Part shown: positions 28,797 through 38,685 of the stretch, one piece after another
How the letters are laid out: every line of letters begins with the position of its first letter
How positions within the stretch are numbered: the stretch's first letter is position 1
Origin: an uncultured Candidatus Binatia bacterium
Lineage (GTDB): Bacteria > Desulfobacterota > Binatia > Bin18
Assembly (NCBI GenBank): GCA_965116085.1
Contig: OZ220487.1
Location: 1,787,185-1,851,184, forward strand
Reading direction: 5' to 3'
DNA: 64,000 bases
Notes under the pieces: model-generated
The model's input: the letters and a program-made list of their open reading frames with translations, nothing else
The model's database searches: none
Told to the model about the DNA's origin: nothing
Made by a program: the position numbers and the translations under genes

Positions 28797-29790
28797 TCAT
28801 AGGCCCCCATCTGATTTGACGGGGGGCGGGCATTGGGGAGTGAGCTTCGGCGGCGGGTAAGTGAAGCGATTGAGGGCGGCCTGTCGACTCGGGCCGCCGC
28901 CCGCCGCTTGGCCATTGGGGAAGCGCCTGCAGGCGCCTGGCATGGCCCGTGGCGCCAGCCCGGCAGTGACGCGGCGCTGGCCCCGGGCGGACGCAAGAGC
29001 TCGATCCGTGATGCCCATGCGCGTTTTCGGATGGGGGTGATCAGCGCCCAAGCCGCCATCCCCCTTGCCGAGAGGGCCAAGCCTCTTGAAGACAAGCGAG
29101 CCCGGCGCGGCGATCCCTCAACGATCGGGTCTTGTCTCAAGCGGCGCGCGCTCCCCTTCCAAAAAAGCCCGCACCCGCGGCAGCCCACGCGCGCCTGATG
29201 GTCTTGCGCAAAAGGCGCGCCTGGGTTTCCGGCCCGCGCGATCTTGATCCCGCAAGGCTGGGGTTCCTCGCCGAGCCCGGCGCTTCCACCAAGAGGGCAC
29301 GCCGTTATGGCCGGTCAAAGCGCGGCGCGCGGTGCCGGGCCCCCAGCCCGCCCGGCCACGGGAAGACCACACCAGTTGGCGGCGCCCGCAGGCGCGCCGG
29401 CATGACCGCCCCCAGGGGGCTCGCCGGGGCCCTGCCCGGTGCCGCCTGCAGCGCCTCTGTGGCACAGGGGCTGGGGTTCCACCCCTCAGCCCCGGCGCTA
29501 TCGTCCTTCTGGACGACCGGCCCGCTCACAAGCCGGTGGCGGTTCGTGAAGCCCTCGAGAAAGCCGGCGCAGCACGGTGCTTCCTGCCGCCAGACAGTCC
29601 AGACTGCAATCCCCTCGCAATGGCGTGCTCGACACTCCAGGCGATTTTGCAAAAAGCCGCCTGCCGAACACTTGATGAACTCTGGGCCAAAAGCGCCGCC
29701 ATAACCGCCTTCTCATCAGACAGAGGGCGCCAACTACTGCAATGCAGCAGGATATCACCCCGTTTGACGTCAAAATGCTCTAATTGGAAC
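28797..29790 (+). pseudogene. Frameshifted IS630-family transposase
   Basis: Three frames carry the pieces: LRRRVSEAIEGGLSTRAAARRL, LDPARLGFL.E.GASTKRARRYGRSKRG.RC and LLDDRPAHKPVAVREALEKAGAARCFLPPDSPDCNPL. Confidence 0.8.
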
Positions 29791-29875
29791 TTCCCCATCC
29801 GTCGGGATCCGCGAATCGCTATTAACCGGGCGTAATATTGCGCCGTTTCAGACAGAGAAACAATCGCGCATCGAA

Positions 29876-30415
29876 CTATGTTCTTGTTTTGAATAAGACA
29901 TACGCGGAGAATGTCCGCCTGTCTTTGATCGGTGCTGCCAGAAAATCCTCGATGACTTTTTCTGCGGCCAGTAGATCAGTGACTACAGTGGACTTGTCGA
30001 GCTTCGTGGCCGGATCGTAATCGGCCAAGTGACGCTTGCTCTGCATAGCGGCAAACAGGTTTGCAAAGTCCTGAATTTCGGCTGGAAATTTGGAAATAAT
30101 GTCGCTGTTTTGACACCTTTTCTTGGCTGCGCTGTGTTCAAGAGCACGGTAAACCTGATTCCATGCCCGCCCGCTACGTTCAGCGCCGGTCCCACCAATG
30201 AGTACATCGGCGGAACATCGCGCCAAAGTATGAAACACGGCGTAGTAGATGGTGCTTGTTGCTCGTAGAAGATTTGCCTGGCGCGGCCTGCTATTCGATG
30301 CCTTTACCAAATCCCACGCCGTTTTCAGCAAATCAAGCGGCTGCACCCCCGCCGGCCTCCAATTCTTTTTTGGAAATGAAGGAGAAGATCGGGAACGCGC
30401 GTTCGCCAATCTCAT
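29876..30415 (-). CDS. HEPN-like protein
   Basis: First helix RATSTIYYAVFHTLARCSADVLIG and a later QSKRHLADYD (R..ADY-type HEPN signature). A GTG at 30347 with GGAGG 9 nt upstream is a likelier start than the longest ORF. Confidence 0.5.
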   Translation of the reverse strand: MRLANARSRSSPSFPKKNWRPAGVQPLDLLKTAWDLVKASNSRPRQANLLRATSTIYYAVFHTLARCSADVLIGGTGAERSGRAWNQVYRALEHSAAKKRCQNSDIISKFPAEIQDFANLFAAMQSKRHLADYDPATKLDKSTVVTDLLAAEKVIEDFLAAPIKDRRTFSAYVLFKTRT

Positions 30416-30647
30416 TCAGTTTCGGGCGTATGTGGCGAGCAGCTCCAGACACGCTATCTGTTAGCAGGTCTTTCGGAGTGCCGTGAAAGACCACGGTGAT
30501 GCGCAATACTTCGTCTCCATCGAAGTCGATGTCACGCACCACATCGACGTCAAAAATTTCAACGTTGTTAAAATCCTTCTTTATGTTATTCAGGACAACG
30601 TCGTGAATTTTCTCGATATCTACAGTTTTCTCAGTCATAAGAATCAA
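30333..30647 (-). CDS. Small acidic protein (hypothetical; candidate partner of the HEPN-like gene)
   Basis: 104 aa in an AT-rich region, immediately upstream of and overlapping the HEPN-like ORF. It contains VRDIDFDGDEVLRITVVFHG. No family was recognised. Confidence 0.45.
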   Translation of the reverse strand: MILMTEKTVDIEKIHDVVLNNIKKDFNNVEIFDVDVVRDIDFDGDEVLRITVVFHGTPKDLLTDSVSGAARHIRPKLNEIGERAFPIFSFISKKELEAGGGAAA

Positions 30648-32152
30648 CGCTCATATCCGCCCCGACCATCGGGAAAAGGTGTGTGAAGCCACCTCGATGA
30701 AAACACTCCTGTGTCTGTTATTGTGACCGGCACCCACTAAGTTGTCCACTGCGTTTTTTTAGTGCATGAGCGGTCTCTTGTCCATCGGGCGACGGTTTTT
30801 TTGGCATCTCCCCTGGGCCGGGCGTGTTGTCGGTATCGATCACAGTACGGAGAAGATAGGGGTTGCGGTTGCACAATGCACGGATCGATCCTTCGCCGGG
30901 TTTGCCTCTTGAACTACCGATGTGGATGTTTGACCGGCTGATCTGCTTGGCGGTTAGCTTTCTGGAGGATCCAAGAGTTGACTCCTCGCCGCTCTCGACT
31001 GCGCGATATTTGCCCACTTTGATGACCGCGCAACTGAAGTACTGGTGGGGCAATGCGATTTCCGGAGACTGGCCTTTGGATTAAAATCTCCTTCTGAGGT
31101 CAATTGCCACTCCATGGGAGAAACATCGCAGGGCGCGTGACATGACCAAAAACACCGAAACATCCACGATCGAATCGGCGAACGGGGACGCGCATGCGGC
31201 CCGTTAAGCGATGCGGGCAGGGGCGATCCCGGAGCGCCGGTCCGAGGCCTCCAGGGAATGGGTCGATTTCCCGGCCGGCCCCTATGCGCCCGAGGACCCG
31301 CGGTGAACCGCCCCGCCAGCGAACGAACGGGCGATGAACGCCCCATGCAACGGCGGTGGTGCGCCCGCTAATGCCTGCCAGGTCGATGCGCCGCCGCTTC
31401 AGGACACCGAACCCGGCACCGAACCGGATACCCCCGATACACCCCCCCTCCCGATTCATCGACGCCTAGGCCACAGCCCCCGAGGCGGCGCGGCAGCGGC
31501 TCACGGCCGGAGCGCCGGGCCGAGGCGCTGATCGAAGGCGGCCTGCCCGCATCCGAAGCCGACCGTATCGCCGCACAAACGGCCCTTGTCTCTGGAAGCG
31601 GCATCTCGGCCGCCTCGCTCGGTCGCTGGCGCCAGCAGGTGAAGGGCGCCGGGCGCGGTGTCCGCGTTGCGCTCTTACTGGAGCGGCCGCGCACCGGCCG
31701 TCCGGGCGGCGTCACGCCCGACTAGGCCAAGACCCTGGAAGCGCCCGCCTGGTATCACGGCCCGCACCTGACGGCCTCAAACGGCGAGAGATCGCCAGCC
31801 GGAAGCGGCGATGGGACGACGTGCTGCGTGGTGCTGAGGAAGAGGCCGCCCGCATTGCCGTCCTGCAGCGCAAGGCCGTTCCGCACGACACGCCCGCCCT
31901 GCGCCAGGCTGATGCAGCCGCCACGGCCGATGCAGCCGGCCGAACCGGTACCGGTCAGCCCCGTGCTTTGACGGCGGCCGCCAAACTACTCCTCGGCGAT
32001 GATGACTGAAGAAGGGAAGAGACATGGAAAACGCACGAAAGATCACGCCCGTCGCCCGGTTTGAAACCGGCAGGGCGGAGCGCCAACGTCATGATCCCGA
32101 CGCCAGGGATCTGAAGGCTTCGGATACGTAAGTCCAAAATCTGAGAGGACGC

Positions 32153-32935
32153 ATGGAGGCGGAACTGGCCGCCTCCGGCATCACCCGTGCGAAGGCCGTC
32201 GCCGGCCTTGCCGCCCCTGCCGACACCGAGGCGACGCGGCAGATATCGGCGCCGCTCGCCTATGCGCAGGCTGCCGGGGATCTGGCGCTCATCCACGGCC
32301 CGTCCGGACGCGGCAAGACCTGGGCCGCCAAGTGCCATTGCCGGTCCCGCGCCGACGCCGTCTTGAAGAGCGCGCATCGCCGACGCTCACCACGCTGCCC
32401 GGCCTTCTGTCACGCCTTGGCGTGGCGGCCGGGGCCGGGTCCCGCCACGGTTCGGCCATTGGCTAGACAAGCGCCGTCATCGCCCGGTTGGAGGGTCGCG
32501 GCGCGCTGGTGATCGTCGACGAGGCCCATCTGCGGCAGGGAGACCGTGCCGGGCCTTCGTCCGGCGCTGCTCGACGAATTGTGCTGCATCCGTGATCTCG
32601 CCGGCTGTGGCTTGGCGCTGATCGGAGACACCGGCACGGTCTCCTGCCGTAACTCCACCCTCATGACGCTGGGCCGCTACCCGCAGGTGGCCGGACGCAT
32701 TGGCATGACGGTGGATCTGAAAACCGTGGCGCGCGGCGATACCGGCCTCATCGCCGCAGCCCCGCTGGGGCGCACCGCATCGCGGCGCGAATTGAAGCAT
32801 CTGGCGGAAGCAGCGGCAGGACCCGGCGGGCTGCACGCGCTACGCTGGCTTTTGGCGCGCGCCTGGATGATCGCCCTCACCGACAAGCGGCGGGAAATAG
32901 ACGAAACCGACATCAAGGCCGTCGCTGGCGACTGA
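32153..32935 (+). pseudogene. Mu-B/TniB-like AAA+ transposition ATPase, frameshifted
   Basis: Walker A LIHGPSGRGKTWAA is in ORF 32153-32512. VIVDEAH is readable in a different frame around 32509-32529. The C-terminal half is in ORF 32546-32935. An upstream HTH-like remnant lies at about 31500-31725. Confidence 0.55.
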
Positions 32936-33486
32936 GCCCTTCGATCTGTCGCCGGTTGCCACGCCCGTATCCATCACCGCGCCGCGCGCTGCGGAGGGCC
33001 GGATGAGAACGGCCAGAGTTGGACACCGCCCTTTGACGCCCCGCGCATCGAAAACCCCACAGGGTGGAGCGCTTATCACGGGCCTTTCGAAGTGGTTTGA
33101 AAGGCGGGATTTTCAAGGGCATGTTCCGGGCAGGAGTTTCCCCGCCCCCCCCTACGCTAGGGAGGAAGGACAAGTAGGAAGGGGGGCTGAAAGTCCCCCA
33201 AAGCGTGGGGGATCGAGGGGGTTGCGCCCCAAAGATTGGGGATGGGGGTTTGAAGGGAAAGAGTGCGCGGAGGGCCGCTTCTGCCCAGCGCCCGGCCTCG
33301 TTCCAGCCGGGCGCTGGGCGGAAAACAGCTCGCCCCGCCTTGTTCCTCCGGGTAGGGGAGTTCGGCTTGGTGCGTCCAGGCGGAACAATGGGGAGCGCCC
33401 CGCCTGGGGGGATAAGAAAGTGGATTATAGCGAATGATCCAAATTAGGTGTCGACCGTGCTGGGAATCTGTCATAGGTAATCTCAA

Positions 33487-33990
33487 TTGAGGGAGGTGGA
33501 CATGGCGCTGAGCGCACCGGGCGAGGCTCACAGGAAGGAGATCAGCCTCAAGAAGCTGAGCGATATGTTCCCCGACAATGAACGGGCGCGGGCTTGGCTC
33601 GAAGAGCAGGCTTGGCCGCATGGTCCCTACTGTCCCCGGTGTGGCGGCTTCAATGTGCAGAGTGGGCAAGCACAAGACGATGACTCACCGCTGCCGCGAC
33701 TGCCCGAAGCGGCCGCAGTGCAGCTTCAAGACCGGGACGATCATGCAGTCGCCCTATCTCGCTACCGCGATTGGACTATTGCCATCTATCTGTTGACGAC
33801 GAACCTTAAAGGCGTCTCGGCAATGCTGCACCGTGACCTTGAGATTGCCTGTACTCCCGCATGGCACTTGGCGCACCGGTTACGGGAAGCGTTTGACAGT
33901 GGTGACGCATCGCTCTCTACCGGCCCCACCGAAGCTGACGAAACGCATATAAGCGGCAAGAGGAAGAACAAGATGGATCCGCACGGGCCT
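33487..33990 (+). pseudogene. IS1595-family transposase N-terminal fragment, frameshifted
   Basis: Carries WPHGPYCPRCGGFNVQSG, then in another frame KHKTMTHRCRDCPKRPQCSFKTGTIMQS, then IAIYLLTTNLKGVSAM.LHRDL...AWHLAHRLREAF and DETHISGKRKNK. Confidence 0.75.
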
Positions 33991-34019
33991 GCCGATGCGG
34001 TTAGCAAACGACGCTTGCG

Positions 34020-34513
34020 GCGTGCGGAACGCTGCAACTCGAAAATACCTCACCGCCGATCACCTTTGGTATTTTCCGCCACCGGCAGCTTTCGTGCAAA
34101 TGGCGGCCTATGCGAACGAACATGGCGACTCAGCAGGGCGTCCGTATTTTCAGCATAGACGGCAAGCGCCCGCTCAGCGAAGCCGAGTGGGCAGCCAAGC
34201 GAGCGAAATTCAATTGCTCGGTCGGCGTCACCAATGTCTGGCGTACCCTCATGTTTCGGGCGGCGAGCGTATAGCTGGCGAACGAAGCGCGAGGCAATGG
34301 AAATTCAAGAGTCTTCACGGTAGCCAGAAGCCGCTTCCGTTGATCGATCTGACCATTGCAGCTAGCACCGATCCCGGCGATACGGTGTGGGAGCCGTTCG
34401 GAGGCTTATGTCCTGCTGCGGTGAGCGCTCTGCGCTTGGCCCGTGCGTGTCACAGCGCGGAGATCGTCCCGGAGTTCTACAATGCCACTGTCGTCCGCCT
34501 CGCCAGCGCCTAA
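34020..34513 (+). pseudogene. N4/N6 DNA methyltransferase (PF01555-type) C-terminal fragment, frameshifted
   Basis: Carries SQKPLPLIDLTIAASTDPGDTVWEPFGGLCPAAVSALRLAR.CHSAEI. An upstream piece ...GVTNVW... lies in another frame. The DPPY-side N-terminus is missing. Confidence 0.7.
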
Positions 34514-35030
34514 GAGCCGCGTGAGCCGGTCGAGTGGGAGCATTTCGACCTGTGGCGGCGCGTCGGAAGATCCCTGCTCGCCGTTCCAGACCACTTCACA
34601 ACCTCAATCAGCATCGAAGGGCTGTCGGCAACGGACATCTTCACGCTGAATGCTCCGCTCGGGGCGACCATCGAAGACTCGGTCGTCAAAACTCTGAACA
34701 GGCTGCGGCCGGCGTGGGACCCGGATTCGAGATACCAGACCTATTCATTCGTTCGGCAGGCACAAACTTTCCCCGATGTCGTCCTGCGCACGATCAACAA
34801 CGGATCGACACCGCTTATGGGGATCGAGATGAAAGGCTGGCATCTCCTCGCCAAAGAGAAAGTGCCGACATCTCGGTTCACTCAAACCGCCGCGGCTTGC
34901 GCTCCTTGGGACTTGCTGGTTGTCTTTCCTTGGGTGCTATCTAATGTGCTGGCGGGGACGGGCGTTCTTTCCCGCCCGTTTGTGCGGCACGCCCGGTATT
35001 GCGCGGAGAATCGCAATTACTATTGGCAGC
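34482..35030 (+). pseudogene. PD-(D/E)xK restriction-endonuclease-like gene, frameshifted at the 5' end and 3'-truncated
   Basis: Own translation gives ...TFPDVVLRTINNGSTPLMGIEMKGWHLL..., a D...ExK pattern. No in-frame start follows the TAA at 34511. The gene ends where IS5-like sequence begins. Confidence 0.5.
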
Positions 35031-35032
35031 CG

Positions 35033-35207
35033 CCGCTCCAAAACCCGCGCTCAAGTCGAACATCCCTTCGCCCGCATAAAGCACCTCATGAGGTTAACCG
35101 TACGCACGACCGGTACCGCCCGTGCCACAACCAGGATTGTTTTGGCTAATCTCGCCCATAACTTCCATCGCATGGTCTGGCTCAACAGGAGCGTTGTGCC
35201 CAGATGA
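35033..35207 (+). pseudogene. IS5-family transposase C-terminal fragment
   Basis: Carries SKTRAQVEHPFARIKHLM.LTVRTTGTARATTRIVLANLAHNFHRMVWL. Confidence 0.7.
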
Positions 35208-35307
35208 GGCAAAACGGGTCGTAAAGAGCGATGGAACGACAAAACCCAATCAAAATCGGAACCGAACAACCATCAAAAGCAGTTCCCAAACGACACGATA
35301 TTCGTGG

Positions 35308-36474
35308 TCAATCAGAAACCATCTGGTTCTTCGAGGTGCTCGACTTCTGCGAATATCTCAGTGCAGGTCGTCGTCGGCGCATTCGAATGACGAAATCGTG
35401 TTCCTGTCTTTTTCCCTTGGTTCCCGGCCTGAAGGCATTTGTTTGCCGGTTCTTGATGTCGGTAGATCTTGGACGATCAGCGAGGCGTATGTCGAAATTT
35501 TGTAGAGCCGAATCAACTCCAGCAATTAGATTGGTCTCAATATCTTCAACACTCAACCTGCCTCCGCCAATTCTGACAGCCATTGTCGCCTCATCGTCGA
35601 GTAGATTCTCCAGGCCTTGCCATGCTTCAATGAGGAAAGCCCAATATCGGGACGAGACATCATGTCGGCCGTCTGGGAATAGGCCCCCTTTGGGACGCTG
35701 GCCTCCACCCAAGAACCAAAGGCGCAGCCACTGATCCTCGCCATAGTCAGTAGTGTCCAAATAGGGCGGTGATGTCAGAACCAATTTCACTCGGCGTCTA
35801 AGGCCAACAAAAACCCTGCCTGCCAGACGGGCATCTGCAAGTTTAGCTCGTCCCGCTTGTTTTGGGATACCCTGATTGAAACGAAACCCGACTTGGTTCA
35901 GGAGGATTTCAAAAACGTCTCTCTCCGGCGCCTTGTACCCGTGCCTCCGCCACCACCGGATCGAGTATGCGGGTTTTGTAGAAATTGTGCGTGGCATCCG
36001 ATTTGAAAAGCAATTGGCCGATTTGTGCGACTCGCCGTGCAGGCACCCAAGCGCCATTGCGGCGACAAACCGATCAACTTTCCTTGAAGTCCAATTCAGT
36101 TCGGAGCGAAGGAAGAGAATTTGCTTGAGCGTACCAATGGAAAAGCAATACTCAAAAAAAGGTTCATCCAAGTTTACTTCAACAGAGGTGTGGTCAAACT
36201 TCCGAGCGAGTTCCACTATCCGCCGCCTGACATTTTGTGGCGCAGGTGGATCAGCCTTGGCACCCGACACACACGCAGCAACCGGATTGATATCTGTTCC
36301 GTATGCGGGCCGACCAAGAAGGAGGCTTTCAAAAATAGTCGTTCCGCGGCCAGAGAATGGATCGAATACTATTTCGCCAGGTTCGGTATATGCCAGTACG
36401 TATTGTTGGACGAACTCCGGGGGAAACATAGCGAAGTATGGGCATATGGAATGAAGTGGATGAACCGCACTCAT
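35308..36474 (-). CDS. DNA methyltransferase (motif I before motif IV; SPPY type, N4-C or N6-A)
   Basis: Carries VFDPFSGRGTT (motif I) and LVLTSPPYLD (motif IV). There is an ATGA overlap with the upstream gene (36471-36474). Confidence 0.8.
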   Translation of the reverse strand: MSAVHPLHSICPYFAMFPPEFVQQYVLAYTEPGEIVFDPFSGRGTTIFESLLLGRPAYGTDINPVAACVSGAKADPPAPQNVRRRIVELARKFDHTSVEVNLDEPFFEYCFSIGTLKQILFLRSELNWTSRKVDRFVAAMALGCLHGESHKSANCFSNRMPRTISTKPAYSIRWWRRHGYKAPERDVFEILLNQVGFRFNQGIPKQAGRAKLADARLAGRVFVGLRRRVKLVLTSPPYLDTTDYGEDQWLRLWFLGGGQRPKGGLFPDGRHDVSSRYWAFLIEAWQGLENLLDDEATMAVRIGGGRLSVEDIETNLIAGVDSALQNFDIRLADRPRSTDIKNRQTNAFRPGTKGKRQEHDFVIRMRRRRPALRYSQKSSTSKNQMVSD

Positions 36475-37532
36475 ACTTCACCACGCACAGACTGGGTCGT
36501 TTGCGCGCACCAATCTACGACAGTGTGGAGTTTATCCGCTGCTACTTTTGCAGAAGGTTCGGTTTGGCGAAGCGCCTCGATAGCGTAAAGAACGACTCTT
36601 GAGCGATCTAATATGAGACCCATTTCTTTCTCAATTTGGGAGTAGAAACCCTTCATGTTTTCTTCAGTCCGAAGGCCATGGGTATTCTCTTTTCCCATGT
36701 ACAATGGAAATGGCAAGAGAAGCGCCGGGAGCCAATGTTTGGATGGTGGCTCAAAATAGTACCCATTGAGGCGGTCTACTTTTGCGGCAACTGGCTTGCC
36801 TTCCCAATTCATTCCTGATGCACATTGCCCATAGATGATGATTTTTGCCGGGCGCTCATCGGCATGATGTCGCCATGCTACAACATCGACCCCCGCGTCT
36901 TTCGCATGCATCGTCTCACCAGGTGGACGATCTCCCCTCGCTTGTCCAGTTTTCAGGAGACCTGCGAGTTTTTTTACCGCGTCGATCAAGGGCGTGTTGT
37001 CGGGACGCGGAGCGCCGAACCAATACGCATCGCCTTTTATATACCCCGCCGCCGCAAGCGTTGCGCAGACCTGGAACAGATTGCCTATCGTGGGGTCGAC
37101 CTGAATGTCGGCGGCTCTGGCATCAATTATTCCGCTTCGCAATGCAGACATTAACAAGCAGGCCCGGTATACATCTCGACCACTTGAAACACTTTCATCT
37201 TGCAATTCTTCAGCGCGCTTTAGGCGCAGATGATGACGTAAAAACGCAGTGTCAAAAGGGTATGCCTGACCGAGCTCTTGTTTGCGGCGTCCAACCTCTT
37301 CGAACAAAGCGTTGAGCCCGTTTTCTTGTGCAGGATCAATTATATCCTGGTCGTATTCTTCCGAGGTCGCATCAATCTCAACTATTGCGGCCCGGTCTTC
37401 GAGGAAACCGCCCGGTGCCGTTAAATCGTTGTCAGAGGCCTCGCCAGTTGGCCTTAACAGGCAAAGGAGTTCGAGCCAGTCCGCAGCTACAGAAAATGAG
37501 TCAGTCAATTTAGGCGGGCTGACAAATTTCAT
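36471..37532 (-). CDS. Uncharacterised 353-aa protein, possible degenerate PD-(D/E)xK nuclease
   Basis: It has ATGA overlaps on both sides. The C-terminal half contains AKDAGVDVVAW....KIIIYGQCASG, a D...QxA pattern that resembles Mrr-type cores but lacks the Lys. No family was recognised. Confidence 0.6.
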   Translation of the reverse strand: MKFVSPPKLTDSFSVAADWLELLCLLRPTGEASDNDLTAPGGFLEDRAAIVEIDATSEEYDQDIIDPAQENGLNALFEEVGRRKQELGQAYPFDTAFLRHHLRLKRAEELQDESVSSGRDVYRACLLMSALRSGIIDARAADIQVDPTIGNLFQVCATLAAAGYIKGDAYWFGAPRPDNTPLIDAVKKLAGLLKTGQARGDRPPGETMHAKDAGVDVVAWRHHADERPAKIIIYGQCASGMNWEGKPVAAKVDRLNGYYFEPPSKHWLPALLLPFPLYMGKENTHGLRTEENMKGFYSQIEKEMGLILDRSRVVLYAIEALRQTEPSAKVAADKLHTVVDWCAQTTQSVRGEV

Positions 37533-38602
37533 AAATCATCAAGGCCCTTTTCACGGTCCCTATAGTCGCGAAACGATTTGAAAAGGGTTCGCGCCCCTTG
37601 AAAAAGACGGTTGCCAAGCTCAAATAGGTTCTCTCGACCGTCAAATGACCCTGAAAGCGAAAGTGAGGTTTCAGTTTCGCGCACTGCCTTAGTCAATGCT
37701 GTTTCAAGTCGCGCGCTTCTGGGTTCCAATTCTTCCCATGCCTCATTCAGATCCCGCGTTCTTATCAAAACATCGCGTGTATGCTCGTGTGCCATTACAT
37801 TGGCCAATCGATTAAGGTCCGGATTCTGAGATTTTACCAGTGCCGGCTCAGATTCACCCTGACCATATAGCCATGACATAAGCTGAGCGAGCTTATCGCT
37901 GTTTTGTGCAGGAACCGGGGCGGAAGTCGGATCTTCTTGCAGTTCCAGCCAGTCACGGATGGGGGCGCGAGTGATTGCGGTATAAAGATGAGAAAAAGCC
38001 AATCGTCTTGCGGTTCTCCGTTCGGGGTCGAAGCCATCGCATACGGCCTGCTGATAGACCCGAAATCCATAGACAAGCCGTTGAACTGTATTGAATGTAT
38101 CACCGAGAGACTTGCTTATCGTTTCTAAAGAAGCGCCGGTTTCAAACCAATCTGTTGCATATTTCGCCTTCGACATCGCATCCCATTTGCGTGGGCCGTT
38201 TATGTGCTTGAAACCAATAAAGTTTCGGGCTTCTGTGTGGTCCTTGACGATAACGGCCCTGATTTTATCTGGTCGTGCATCTTCACCCGGTTCAGATGGC
38301 AATACGACTTCAAGCCGATCTCTCAGCTTGGAGTCCCTGATGAGCTTTAAGGCCGCAACTCGTCTGTTGCCCTCAAGGACAACATTATCCTCTTTTACTA
38401 TGATTGGCTCGAAGTCCAGGTAGCCGGAGTTAATAATCGACAGCAATAGCTCGTCAATATCCGCTTCCTCGATCAGATATTTGAGCATATCCTCTTCGTC
38501 TTCAAAGGACATTCCAATGAAGCGTGGATTCTCCAGATTGAGCCCAAGAGAGATCACTTCGACATCTTCGATCCTATATTTTTGAGCTTCCATGCAAGCC
38601 AA
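37529..38602 (-). CDS. ParB/Srx-fold N-terminal domain protein
   Basis: Carries PIIVKEDNVVLEGNRRVAALKLI (ParB-type GxRR box) followed by a long helical C-terminal region. It is the first gene of a three-gene overlapping operon. Confidence 0.7.
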   Translation of the reverse strand: MACMEAQKYRIEDVEVISLGLNLENPRFIGMSFEDEEDMLKYLIEEADIDELLLSIINSGYLDFEPIIVKEDNVVLEGNRRVAALKLIRDSKLRDRLEVVLPSEPGEDARPDKIRAVIVKDHTEARNFIGFKHINGPRKWDAMSKAKYATDWFETGASLETISKSLGDTFNTVQRLVYGFRVYQQAVCDGFDPERRTARRLAFSHLYTAITRAPIRDWLELQEDPTSAPVPAQNSDKLAQLMSWLYGQGESEPALVKSQNPDLNRLANVMAHEHTRDVLIRTRDLNEAWEELEPRSARLETALTKAVRETETSLSLSGSFDGRENLFELGNRLFQGARTLFKSFRDYRDREKGLDDL

Positions 38603-38685
38603 GTTCTCGCAAAAGTTCAGGTCAGGTTGTATTTATCCTCCCTGCCCCGTTCCGTCTATCCCATGAGCAACCAAATCATGGATAA

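Noticed and set aside
30718-31053. 111-aa minus-strand ORF.
   Set aside because: It has only a TTG start, no RBS that I could see and no recognisable motif. It may be real, but the evidence does not support a call.
31100-32010. Possible Mu/Tn-type transposase gene upstream of the AAA+ transposition ATPase.
   Set aside because: Only a short HTH-like stretch (…GISAASLGRWRQQVKGAG…) is readable and no DDE core is present. It is treated as unannotated debris.
33003-33675. ORFs 33003-33437 (+) and 33157-33675 (-) in the G-run-rich segment.
   Set aside because: Their composition is dominated by Gly/Pro/Arg from homopolymer runs. They overlap each other and show no motifs.
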